Shown here: positions 37,276-45,918 of the stretch, in pieces
How the letters are laid out: the number at the start of each line of letters is the position of its first letter
Numbering within the stretch: position 1 is the first letter of the stretch
Virus record (IMG/VR): IMGVR_UViG_3300019871_000002
Location: 1 to 55,529 of that record
Length of the DNA stretch: 55,529 bases
Direction: 5' to 3' (one strand)
Origin: a virus
Taxonomy: Duplodnaviria; Caudoviricetes
Program-made: the position numbers and the translations under genes
The notes under the pieces: generated by a model
What the model was told of the DNA's origin: nothing
Database searches by the model: none
What the model saw: only the letters and a program-made list of their open reading frames with translations

Positions 37276-37563
37276 TCAAACGACTCCAGCAAACCGCAAC
37301 AGCACGATCATCATCATGCCACCGAACACGATATAGACCAGCCACGTCAACAGCTGACCCAACCGACCATCGGTCACGATCTTCGAGATACCCCACACTG
37401 AAAGGAGCATGCAGATCGCTAGCACGCCCTCGGTCATGAAGAAACGGATAACGGCTTCGGCTGACATGTCGACGTATCCTTCTGCTCGAGGTTGACGATT
37501 GCCGATCGGACCATGGAACCACCAATAGAGCATTCGCCATTGGTACTTGAACCACTCGATCAT
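37276..37563 (-). CDS. membrane protein (2 TM)
   Basis: Two hydrophobic helices, ATGA overlap. Confidence 0.65.
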   Translation of the reverse strand: MIEWFKYQWRMLYWWFHGPIGNRQPRAEGYVDMSAEAVIRFFMTEGVLAICMLLSVWGISKIVTDGRLGQLLTWLVYIVFGGMMMIVLLRFAGVV

Positions 37564-37823
37564 ATCGGTCTCACATTGTTGGCGCGCATCGGTGCGAACC
37601 TCAGCAACGCTTCATCGCTGAACGGTGTGATGTCCGTTCGTCCCGATGTCAGCGACGACCACAGCCTGATCTCCGTGTTATCGAACGTCCAGCATTCACC
37701 AGACCACAACAAGAAGCACACCCAACGCAGATGGTGCTCCGGACCGTAGTCGATCATGGCATATGCCATCGCATCGCCTGCGGGTGTCTCGAGGGGTATC
37801 GGAGGGTTTAGCTGCATCGCCAC
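37560..37823 (-). CDS. hypothetical protein
   Basis: QLNPPIPLETP.G...IDYGPEH.L.WVCF...GECW. Confidence 0.7.
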   Translation of the reverse strand: MAMQLNPPIPLETPAGDAMAYAMIDYGPEHHLRWVCFLLWSGECWTFDNTEIRLWSSLTSGRTDITPFSDEALLRFAPMRANNVRPI

Positions 37824-37831
37824 ATACTGAA

Positions 37832-37861
37832 ACCCACGCAGCCAGTTAAGGCCACGTGGGT
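37832..37861 (-). terminator. hairpin, possible terminator
   Basis: ACCCACG...CGTGGGT stem, extended by G-U pairs, followed by a short T run on the minus strand. Confidence 0.4.
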
Positions 37862-37888
37862 ACGCAGTACTAAAGAATGTGCTTCGGC

Positions 37889-38359
37889 TTAGGCGCTCGG
37901 GGTCGGGGCCACGATGTTCGCGGTCGGGTCGGCCGGCGCTTGTGCAGCCGCGGTGGCTGCGGAGGCAACGGTCGGCAGGTGGCCCTGCAGTGCAGTAACG
38001 GCACCGGTCAATCCCGGGACGAGACCCTGCAACACCGCCACCTGCGCTTCGATCGCGTCCGAGTCGTCTTCGCCCTGTGCCGCAACCAGGGCATCGATCG
38101 CAGCACCAACGCTGGTCAGACCCGGGACGACCGTGTTGTTCACGGTATCGCCAAGGGCCTGCACAACAGCGTTGAGGTCGTCGGTAGCTTTCGTCATCTT
38201 CATCTCCTGTTGTGCGAGCTCAAGTTCGCCGGCACCCAGTACCGTCACGAGTTGCTTGAGGTCGCGTAGCTGGTCAAGTATTTGCGATATACCGTCTTGA
38301 CCGAACGGGCCGAAAACATTGATCGTGCTATGCACGTGAATCTCAATCGGGGTCGTCAT
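37889..38359 (-). CDS. hypothetical Ala-rich coiled-coil protein
   Basis: About 156 aa, heptad pattern. Confidence 0.65.
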   Translation of the reverse strand: MTTPIEIHVHSTINVFGPFGQDGISQILDQLRDLKQLVTVLGAGELELAQQEMKMTKATDDLNAVVQALGDTVNNTVVPGLTSVGAAIDALVAAQGEDDSDAIEAQVAVLQGLVPGLTGAVTALQGHLPTVASAATAAAQAPADPTANIVAPTPSA

Positions 38360-38828
38360 CACCTTGGTCCTTCTGTATCTCGGTGAACTGCGCCTCCTCG
38401 AATGTAGGAAACGCCTGCGGTGCAGGAAGCAAACTAGGAGGCAGCGGCAGACCTCGTTCCTTCAATCGCAACACCAGCTCCTCTTTCGTCGAGTGCTGCA
38501 ATTGCATTGGGCCGCCATCCTTGCCCGTGATCTGGTACGGCAGCAGCTTCTCAAGCAGTCGCATATACGCTACACGCTCAACGATCGCACACCGTTCGAG
38601 GTAGCCGACAAGACCACCCGTCCCATGCTTGAGGCTGGTCTTTGCGTTGCCCACATTCGACGCAGCAAGTATCAGCGCGTCCTTGAGCAGAGTCTTGACC
38701 TTGTTCTCCACACCCTTCTGACGACCAGCACCTTCTGGTCTCGGCTGACCCTTTTGAAAGCGATGCGGCTGCTTCTTCGGGGTCGGCTCAGGATCTTCCT
38801 CAATTCGAATGCGAACACGTGCTGCCAT
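38343..38828 (-). CDS. terminase small subunit (start 38828, alternatively 38867)
   Basis: FQKGQ...GRQKGVENK and TGKDGGP motifs. GAGGT SD before 38828. Confidence 0.75.
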   Translation of the reverse strand: MAARVRIRIEEDPEPTPKKQPHRFQKGQPRPEGAGRQKGVENKVKTLLKDALILAASNVGNAKTSLKHGTGGLVGYLERCAIVERVAYMRLLEKLLPYQITGKDGGPMQLQHSTKEELVLRLKERGLPLPPSLLPAPQAFPTFEEAQFTEIQKDQGDDDPD

Positions 38829-38934
38829 AACGACCTCAATCGACGTGGGGATCAGGGGCGTCCCCATATGTGCTTTTATGGAGCGTTCCCTGTTTGATAA
38901 TACCCCGTTACTTTAATTGAACGACCCTCAGGTC

Positions 38935-39189
38935 TCAGTCTTCTCGCGCTCTCGGTACTGCCACAGACTTAGACTGCGGCGGCTTCGAGACCACGTTGGC
39001 CTGCTGCGCGCGACGTTGACGCTCGATCGCGTTCTCTTCATTGATCCGCGTCCACACGTACCACAGCGCTCTCACCCCCAAACATATCGCGAGCACGCAC
39101 AGCGCAATCGCGAACAACGTGATGATTGAGGCCGCCGTATACAGTGTGCCCCAAAACATTTGCTGTGTCGTCATCATGAACGTGTTCAT
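38935..39189 (-). CDS. small membrane protein
   Basis: One long hydrophobic segment, ATGA-type overlap. Confidence 0.6.
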   Translation of the reverse strand: MNTFMMTTQQMFWGTLYTAASIITLFAIALCVLAICLGVRALWYVWTRINEENAIERQRRAQQANVVSKPPQSKSVAVPRARED

Positions 39190-39380
39190 GTCAACACGTC
39201 CTTGTTGCGAATCCCTGCGAGCACTTCCTGTGCTACCGTCAGTCGTTCGAGGTTGGACAGTACTCTCGCACCGACTGACAGGATCTCCAACGGGAATGAA
39301 TTGGGGTCGGCCTTGATCTTGTTCGTGATCTGCACGAGGACATCAAGGTACTGCTGCTCCGTCATCGCCTTGTTCGCCAT
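39186..39380 (-). CDS. hypothetical protein
   Basis: 64 aa with AAGGGA SD. Confidence 0.65.
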   Translation of the reverse strand: MANKAMTEQQYLDVLVQITNKIKADPNSFPLEILSVGARVLSNLERLTVAQEVLAGIRNKDVLT

Positions 39381-39405
39381 GATATCGTTTCCCTTGCGAA
39401 TTGAT

Positions 39406-39507
39406 TTATTGAAACGGATTAGACTGCGTGAACGTGATCAGGTAGATCTGATACGCACAATACAGGATCAAGCCCCAGCCGACGGTCGCGAGTAGTAGCT
39501 TGATCAT
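39406..39507 (-). CDS. 33-aa membrane peptide (MIKLLLATVGWG...)
   Basis: Translated by hand. GGAG SD and ATGA overlap. Confidence 0.5.
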   Translation of the reverse strand: MIKLLLATVGWGLILYCAYQIYLITFTQSNPFQ

Positions 39508-39734
39508 TGCGGCTTCTCCTGCGCTTCCTGATATACGAGACTCGAGGCCGCGATCATTTCGGCGGCGTCGTCGTACCCTTCACCTTGGCTTCGATTGCGT
39601 CGACGCCTGCTTTTGCCTTTGCCCATATCCACGCGGTCGCGGCCTTGGCCCAGCTTGGCTGCGGAAATTGCCAACCGATCAGCACTCCGACGATTAGCGC
39701 GACTGATAGACTTAGCATGACGTTGCCCTTTCAT
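39504..39734 (-). CDS. basic hypothetical protein
   Basis: ATG at 39734 (MKGQRHAK), Arg-rich. Confidence 0.55.
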   Translation of the reverse strand: MKGQRHAKSISRANRRSADRLAISAAKLGQGRDRVDMGKGKSRRRRNRSQGEGYDDAAEMIAASSLVYQEAQEKPQ

Positions 39735-39877
39735 GTGAACGCCTGATACAAAAAATAGATGACCGACACCGATATGGCACACGACAACGGCGCGCCGATG
39801 ATCAGCAGCCAATTCAGTCTGCGTTCATGGCGTCGGTCATCGCGTGGCTCGAATGTGCCGTGCATCGACTCTTCCAT
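39731..39877 (-). CDS. small membrane protein
   Basis: C-terminal TM. First ORF after the ops-like site. Confidence 0.5.
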   Translation of the reverse strand: MEESMHGTFEPRDDRRHERRLNWLLIIGAPLSCAISVSVIYFLYQAFT

Positions 39878-39890
39878 CAGTTGTTTGTGA

Positions 39891-39934
39891 GACGCTACCG
39901 CAGGGGAGGGCGTTGTCGCCTTCACTCCCCTGCG
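39891..39934 (-). promoter_or_regulatory. hairpin overlapping an ops-like element (GCGGTAGCGT)
   Basis: 10-bp inverted repeat (39899-39908 / 39925-39934). Minus-strand TGCGGTAGCGTC matches ops GGCGGTAGCGTG at 10 of 12 positions. Confidence 0.6.
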
Positions 39935-39935
39935 A

Positions 39936-40547
39936 TTACTTTTGAACGGGTGTCACCTTGTGTCGTTCGATCTCGTAAGGAATTTTGTTCCCCATGAACT
40001 CAAACAACATCTTGATACGCTCGTTCGGTGTGTCCTCAATATACACACCCTTGATATTTTTGAAAGACCCCGAATTGATTTCCACAGTCTCCCCCTCGAC
40101 AAGCTTGCGACGATGGGGGAGCACGATGATGCCCTCCTCGTCCTGCAATCGTTGCAGGTCCTCGATTGCGCCATCGGGTACCTTGTCCCATTTGTCCCCG
40201 GTGCCGATAACACCGACTATACCCCGCGTATTGAGGAGGAACCCACAATCGCGATCACGTGGGATTTGCACGAACAGGTAACCGGGGAACAGGGGAGCGA
40301 GTGTCCATTTCTTGTTGTCGGGCACGTATCGGGCATTGAGCACCCGAAGGCCCTGCTGTTCACAGTTCTTCGCTGCCAGATTTTCCTGTTGGTACTTCGT
40401 GATCGCGCACACCCAATAGGGGAGTCGGACGCGATGTCGCACGGCGCGACGTTTCGACGCCCTCTTGCCCCCCTGATGCTGCACGGCAGGGCGTTGTTTC
40501 GTTCGTTTGTTGGGCGATTGCGTGTCATCGTGCGTTGTCATGCTCAT
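39936..40547 (-). CDS. NusG/RfaH-family transcription antiterminator
   Basis: NGN domain (YW...TKYQQE..A, PLFPGYLFV, TRGIVGVI) plus KOW domain (GETVEINSGSFKNIKG). Confidence 0.9.
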   Translation of the reverse strand: MSMTTHDDTQSPNKRTKQRPAVQHQGGKRASKRRAVRHRVRLPYWVCAITKYQQENLAAKNCEQQGLRVLNARYVPDNKKWTLAPLFPGYLFVQIPRDRDCGFLLNTRGIVGVIGTGDKWDKVPDGAIEDLQRLQDEEGIIVLPHRRKLVEGETVEINSGSFKNIKGVYIEDTPNERIKMLFEFMGNKIPYEIERHKVTPVQK

Positions 40548-42379
40548 TGCCCTCGTGCTCCGTCATATTCGGTCGTGATCGTTGACAGCCCCTTGGTCGA
40601 TCGCGTCACAACGATGTCGCTTGCAAATCGGTTGGAGGCGCGCGCCGTGTGATCGACGTAGAATATCTGCATGTCCTTTGCGCGATCGCACAGGAAGTCT
40701 ACCGTCATCATCACGCCCTCAGGCGATAGATGCTTCGTCGGTTCATCGAGTACCATCATGTCGCATTCGACACCCGCGTGTCGTAACAGCACCTCACTCA
40801 ATGCCATCGCACCGAGGATACGCAAGCGCTGACCCTCACCACCCGACCACGCTTTCCAATTGACGGGCTTGCCATCATCCATCGTGATCGTGACATTGAG
40901 GCCGGACGTCACGTTGCCCGACTTCGTTTCCTTTTCGATCGCATACTCGACTTCCCACCCGTCGAGTCCGATCATCGGCAACATCGAGTTCGTGACTCCC
41001 TGCAATTCATCAAGCACTTCCTCAAGCAGGTACAGTCGTACATTCTTGAACCCGTCGATCCAGTACTTAGTTCGCACGAGCTTGCGGTTGGCCCGGTTGA
41101 TCGTGTCAATGAGCTCCGACAGCTGGCTCTTGAACTCCCCGATTTCTTTGCGGGCTTTCGTCATCATGTGGGTGTAGGGGTTCTCGCCCACGTCATCAGT
41201 CTGTTTCTTCAAGGCCGCTAGATCGGCTTTGGTTTGCGACACGGCTGTCTGTGATCTAGTGCGCGCGTCGATCGCGCTGTTACTCTTCTCCGTGAAGTCG
41301 TCCTCATCCTTGCGCAGTTTCGCGATACGACCACCCAATGTGTTCTTCGCCTCGATTGCCTTCGTCCACTGCGTGTCACAAGCCGTCAGTCGTTTTTTCT
41401 GTTTATTGATCTCGATCAGGGCATGTTCCGCGCGTGCCTTTTTGTCCTTGATAACTTGACCGCATGTCGGGCACTCACCTCCCTTCGAAATCTCCTTGAG
41501 TTCGGCGACTCGTGCTTCGATCGCGTCAAGCGTCACCTTGATATCAGATGCGACTGCGGACGCTTGGGAGAAGTCACGACCAGCTGTGATCAGTGATCGC
41601 CTGATTGCTCGTAGCTCAGTCTCGGCGCCATCATAGGCGAGGTCGGCGGCGCCCAGCTCATTCATTTGTTTTTCGAGACGTTTGGTCAGCGCCTTGGTCT
41701 CATCTTCGCGCTTAGCCGCGCGATCTGCAATATCGCTCTCCCACTCAGAACTCTTGGTCTTGAAGTCCCGCATGTCGTGGCGACGACGCAGCAGCTGCTC
41801 CTCAGTCTTTACGACTACAGCTTCCTGCACCTTGATCGCAGACTCAATTTCTTTTGTGGCTTCGCGTGCGCGCTTAGACCTGACGTCCCACTTGTCGAGG
41901 TCGAGGCATTCGCTCAGGATCTCCATCTTGCCGGTAGGCTTCAAATCGAAGAAGAGTTCCTGCCCCTGCCCCAACAGCAGCGTGTGGCGTAGAGTAAGGT
42001 CCGTCAATCCGATAAGACGGTAGATCTCCTCTTGACTCACCACCTTGTCGTCGATCCACAAGCCATTCGAAATAGTAGACCTCTTGATCACGTGGACCTT
42101 TGAGTCGATGCACGCGGATACCGAAACCGTTGTAACGGCTTTCGAAGACCACGGCCGAACTTCCGTAGACTTCAAACCGCTCAACGTGCTGCCCGTCAAG
42201 CACCACGACATCGCGTTCCACATACTGGACTTCCCAACCCCGTTGGAACCCAACGCCGGCTTGAACTTGTTGACTCCCCTCACGAAGTGAACGCCATGTC
42301 CTAATCCAGCGAGTGGTACCTTTTGCGTTTTCAGGCATCCGTAGTTTTCCATCTCCAGTGTTTCAAATTCAAGCTTCAT
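40544..42379 (-). CDS. SbcC/Rad50-like ATPase
   Basis: GSNGVGKSS, Q-loop, coiled coil, CPTCGQ zinc hook, WSGGE, LDEPT. Confidence 0.92.
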   Translation of the reverse strand: MKLEFETLEMENYGCLKTQKVPLAGLGHGVHFVRGVNKFKPALGSNGVGKSSMWNAMSWCLTGSTLSGLKSTEVRPWSSKAVTTVSVSACIDSKVHVIKRSTISNGLWIDDKVVSQEEIYRLIGLTDLTLRHTLLLGQGQELFFDLKPTGKMEILSECLDLDKWDVRSKRAREATKEIESAIKVQEAVVVKTEEQLLRRRHDMRDFKTKSSEWESDIADRAAKREDETKALTKRLEKQMNELGAADLAYDGAETELRAIRRSLITAGRDFSQASAVASDIKVTLDAIEARVAELKEISKGGECPTCGQVIKDKKARAEHALIEINKQKKRLTACDTQWTKAIEAKNTLGGRIAKLRKDEDDFTEKSNSAIDARTRSQTAVSQTKADLAALKKQTDDVGENPYTHMMTKARKEIGEFKSQLSELIDTINRANRKLVRTKYWIDGFKNVRLYLLEEVLDELQGVTNSMLPMIGLDGWEVEYAIEKETKSGNVTSGLNVTITMDDGKPVNWKAWSGGEGQRLRILGAMALSEVLLRHAGVECDMMVLDEPTKHLSPEGVMMTVDFLCDRAKDMQIFYVDHTARASNRFASDIVVTRSTKGLSTITTEYDGARGQ

Positions 42380-42609
42380 GATGCTTCTCCGAAGAATGCC
42401 GCGCGCAAATTCTTTTCAGGATATTCATCCAACACCATCCGAACAGGTTCGAAGTAACGTCGGATCATGCGTCGTGCGTCGCTCTCGTAACCGTGCGCTT
42501 GGACGAACTCGACCAAGCGGTGATTGTAGATGTCCTCAAGCGAGACCCATCGGTATCGCATGAAGCGCGCTTTCAGTCTGCGCCTGGATGGTCGCTTGCG
42601 CCTATTCAT
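42376..42609 (-). CDS. hypothetical basic protein
   Basis: Fills the gap between sbcD and sbcC with overlaps. Confidence 0.55.
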   Translation of the reverse strand: MNRRKRPSRRRLKARFMRYRWVSLEDIYNHRLVEFVQAHGYESDARRMIRRYFEPVRMVLDEYPEKNLRAAFFGEAS

Positions 42610-43582
42610 CGCACAGCGCCTTTCCAACGTTGAGTGTGTTGTTTGTCAGGTCGTGACGTTTGCCGTACTGCTCGAGGAGTTCGAGGTCGTCGGCTTTCGA
42701 CGTGACCTTGTAGCGCTTGACCTTGCGCTTCGACATCAGCACCGGCTTGATCAAGTTCGCAATCAGGCTGCGCTTCGAGCACCACTCGATAACGTAGTCA
42801 TGGGCTTCCTTCCAACGCTCCATGCTTTCGACGGTGACGCGCACCTGCACGATGTCGCCGGCGTTTACATGCTTTGACGCCCCGTCGAGCTCGGCCAGTA
42901 ATGCGACTTCGATAAGCCGCTTCTGAGGATATCCATCGACGATGACAGACTTGGCCTTATCGTGTTCAAGTAGTAGGAGTCTAGCACGGTAGTCGTCGCC
43001 ATAATCGACAGTGTAGGGAGGCCCCACATAAGTGACAGGTCCAAGGCGCTGCGGCTTGTGAACATCGCCCGCGACGACGCGAATGGTTTCGGGGAAGACA
43101 TCGAGCGGTATGCCTTCAAGCCCTCGACCAAAGCCAATCTCCGCTCCTGTAAAAGTGTTATGTGCGAAGACCCATTGATGCCCAGTGAGTTTGACATTGG
43201 CCCAATCCTTTTTGTAGTTGCGAGTGTGCGGGAGAAACAGGCACCCCGGCATCAGCCGATGTTCCTTGACGTGATCGACCCATATCAGCGAGGGGATCAA
43301 ATCGACAAAGGCGAAGAACGGGTGGCCTTCGTTGTGGTAGTCGTGATTACCCATCATGATGAAGACGGGGCATATCTCACCCAGTCGGTACAGCAGCCGC
43401 GCCATGCGATTGACGAGTCTGGCCCCGTGGTTGTCCTTTTCCTCAGTCAGGTCGCCCAGTATCACGATGCGGTCAAGCTTGCGGTTGCGCGCGATCTCCG
43501 CGAACTCGTCCATGAATTCCCATCGGTATTCGTCGCGGGGGTTGTCAGTCAGATGCAGGTCGGCTGTGACGAGCAGTCTCAT
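42602..43582 (-). CDS. SbcD/Mre11-like metallophosphoesterase nuclease
   Basis: ADLH, LGDL, GNHD, AH, GDVH. Confidence 0.92.
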   Translation of the reverse strand: MRLLVTADLHLTDNPRDEYRWEFMDEFAEIARNRKLDRIVILGDLTEEKDNHGARLVNRMARLLYRLGEICPVFIMMGNHDYHNEGHPFFAFVDLIPSLIWVDHVKEHRLMPGCLFLPHTRNYKKDWANVKLTGHQWVFAHNTFTGAEIGFGRGLEGIPLDVFPETIRVVAGDVHKPQRLGPVTYVGPPYTVDYGDDYRARLLLLEHDKAKSVIVDGYPQKRLIEVALLAELDGASKHVNAGDIVQVRVTVESMERWKEAHDYVIEWCSKRSLIANLIKPVLMSKRKVKRYKVTSKADDLELLEQYGKRHDLTNNTLNVGKALCDE

Positions 43583-44148
43583 TTTCCCCTCGCACGTTCG
43601 AGTTCATCGATCGCCACGCGGTACATGGGATCCGATCCCGGCACGGCGGCCATGATGCGCAGGAACTTCAAGGGGTCCCCATTGTGATCACCCCTGTCTC
43701 GTATCGCCCAATCCGTGGCATCCGCCTGAATGCAGGGCACGTTGTTTCGTCGCCACATGTCAACGACCTCGGGTCGATCATCGATCGACAGGATCGGATT
43801 GTAATTCATTGCGCGCAACGTCGTCAGCATGTCGTGCTTCGCGACTGCATCCGATCGGTTGTCGTCCCTCTTGCGCATGATCAGTTTATCATGCGGCACT
43901 CGATTGTGTTGCAACCACTCACTGGTCTCACCGAGGTATTGAACGGGGCGGCCAGTTGCGAGAATGATGCGAGCGGACGAACCCATCCGAATGCACCACA
44001 GCAGAAACAGTATCTCCCCGAATACAGTGTCCTGACTCATGGCTGCGAAAAACTTGCCCCAGTCTTTCTTAGCTCCGCTCATGTGATGCTGACGGTGCTT
44101 GTTATTCGCCAGCGTACCGTCTAAGTCGCAGATGACGCAGTCAATCAT
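43579..44148 (-). CDS. HAD-family phosphatase (PNKP phosphatase-like)
   Basis: DLDGTLA, TGRP, MR..D.R.D...K, IDDR..VV.MWR. Confidence 0.88.
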   Translation of the reverse strand: MIDCVICDLDGTLANNKHRQHHMSGAKKDWGKFFAAMSQDTVFGEILFLLWCIRMGSSARIILATGRPVQYLGETSEWLQHNRVPHDKLIMRKRDDNRSDAVAKHDMLTTLRAMNYNPILSIDDRPEVVDMWRRNNVPCIQADATDWAIRDRGDHNGDPLKFLRIMAAVPGSDPMYRVAIDELERARGK

Positions 44149-44861
44149 AGCTTGATCCTCACTCGTTCTTTTTTGGCGAGCTTGTAGTGTGCTTCGCGCT
44201 CGTCGTGATTAATGCTCTTGATCACGATGCGCTCGCGCTTCTTCTTGATCGACTTTGTCGAGGTCTGGCCCCAACGTTGCCAGTCGGCCGGTGTCGCGAT
44301 CGGCTGCTTGGTGAGTGAGTATTTAGCTGGCGCTTGGAACTGATGCTTCGTGACGCCTTCGAAGTCGTACAGGTCCGCCTTGACGCGATGTAGTCTCGCA
44401 ACCCATGCGGAAGGGTCGAAACGAAACGAGTGTGCCGTCATGCCGCGGGTCAGCATCGCTTCATGCGGCACGATCACGAACGTCTCCCCCCGGTCTTCGC
44501 GAACGATCAGCATGGGCACCCGATCGTGACTCACGGCTTGCTTGATGGCCTCCGCCCAGAAGCGGGCGAGCGGTCCTTGCTGTTTGCAGAGGAACGAAGC
44601 GAAGTTGAGATCGCCGTAGCGCTTGCACTCGACATAGAAATGGTCCGTAAGGACATGCCCGTCGGGGTGCGTGGCACTGATGTCGCCGGCATGTGCTGCG
44701 AGATCAAGTCCACGTTTCTTGCCAACTGTTGCGCGACCGCCTGACATCGCGGACCGCCAGAATAGGTCTTCCCGTTTTCCAAGAGACACCCACAGCGACA
44801 ACTGCTTGCAAACTTCCCGTTCATAGGCCGACCCCTTTTGTTTTCCACCACCCGGTCTCAT
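44145..44861 (-). CDS. Holliday junction resolvase-like PD-(D/E)xK nuclease
   Basis: KQKGSAYERE, GDI, VECKRY. Confidence 0.82.
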   Translation of the reverse strand: MRPGGGKQKGSAYEREVCKQLSLWVSLGKREDLFWRSAMSGGRATVGKKRGLDLAAHAGDISATHPDGHVLTDHFYVECKRYGDLNFASFLCKQQGPLARFWAEAIKQAVSHDRVPMLIVREDRGETFVIVPHEAMLTRGMTAHSFRFDPSAWVARLHRVKADLYDFEGVTKHQFQAPAKYSLTKQPIATPADWQRWGQTSTKSIKKKRERIVIKSINHDEREAHYKLAKKERVRIKL

Positions 44862-45859
44862 GCGTACTTGCTCCTGCTGGGTAGCATGGACTCCTCGATC
44901 TCATACCACTCACGTTGAACCGTATCGCGCAGCAGTTTGAGCTGGGCGTCAGCTTCATCGCGTGGCATGTCGAGGAGGTGGCGTAGATAGAACTTGCCCT
45001 GCTCAGGGGTGATGCCTGTCTGCTTCAGGGCCTTGATCTGCGTCAGCCAGTTAATGCAGGCTTGCGCGTCGTCGATACCGTAACCGAAACGAATGTTGAA
45101 CTCGGCTTCACGGAACGGCAGACCGACCTTGTTCTTATCGACCTTCGCTTTCACCTTAACGCCAGTCGCGACCTTGATGCCTCGAGTCGTGCCTGCGAGT
45201 TGGCCCAGATGCGCGAGCATCACGACCTGCGATGCATAGAAGTCGAGAGCGCGGCCTCCGGTGCGCTGGAACTTGCGACCGAACGTCGCGCCGATCTTGT
45301 CACGGATCTGACTGATGATCACGAGGGTGACGTGCTTATCATGCATCTGGCGAATGAGGCGTCGGAACATCTCCGATAGCTTCTTGGCCTTCTCCCCGCC
45401 GTATGATGCGGCATCGATGTCGCGATCGGACTCCGCACGCGATGACAGGGAGTCGAGGGAGTCCACGACTACCAGCTCCTGCGATCGTGCCCCCTTGATA
45501 ATGCGCTCGAGGTCTTCGAACATGTCTTCCACGGTCTCGAGTTGTTCGTCCCCGAAGTCGACGCGATCTAGCGGCATGCCCAAGGTCTTGGCGTACGGCT
45601 TGTCGAATGCAGACTCGGCCTCGCGGTATCGCACCTTGCCCTTGGGTCGCGACAGCACGAAGTTCGCGCACATCTCGATGCAAAGCAGGGTCTTGCCCGT
45701 TGCCTTGTCGCCGACGATATTGATCACTCGATCCTCGGCCCAGCCACCGCCCAGCGCGAGGTCAAGGTTCTTGCAGCCAGACCCGATGAAATGCAAATTG
45801 GTTTTGGGTGCTGCAAAATACGATCCACCACCCCCTATAATCTTAACTCGTTTGGCCAT
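44858..45859 (-). CDS. recA: RecA/UvsX-like recombinase
   Basis: LDLALGGG, GDKATGKT, VVDSL, QIRDKIG..FG, GGRALDFYAS, KNKV..PFR. Confidence 0.92.
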   Translation of the reverse strand: MAKRVKIIGGGGSYFAAPKTNLHFIGSGCKNLDLALGGGWAEDRVINIVGDKATGKTLLCIEMCANFVLSRPKGKVRYREAESAFDKPYAKTLGMPLDRVDFGDEQLETVEDMFEDLERIIKGARSQELVVVDSLDSLSSRAESDRDIDAASYGGEKAKKLSEMFRRLIRQMHDKHVTLVIISQIRDKIGATFGRKFQRTGGRALDFYASQVVMLAHLGQLAGTTRGIKVATGVKVKAKVDKNKVGLPFREAEFNIRFGYGIDDAQACINWLTQIKALKQTGITPEQGKFYLRHLLDMPRDEADAQLKLLRDTVQREWYEIEESMLPSRSKYA

Positions 45860-45885
45860 TGCCCTGTTTCCCTGTTGAAGAAGTA

Positions 45886-45909
45886 GGGGGTCGCACGATT
45901 GCGACCCCC
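45886..45909 (-). terminator. hairpin after the SSB gene
   Basis: GGGGGTCGCA-CGAT-TGCGACCCCC followed by TACTTCTTC on the minus strand. Confidence 0.6.
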
Positions 45910-45918
45910 AGTCTCTTG

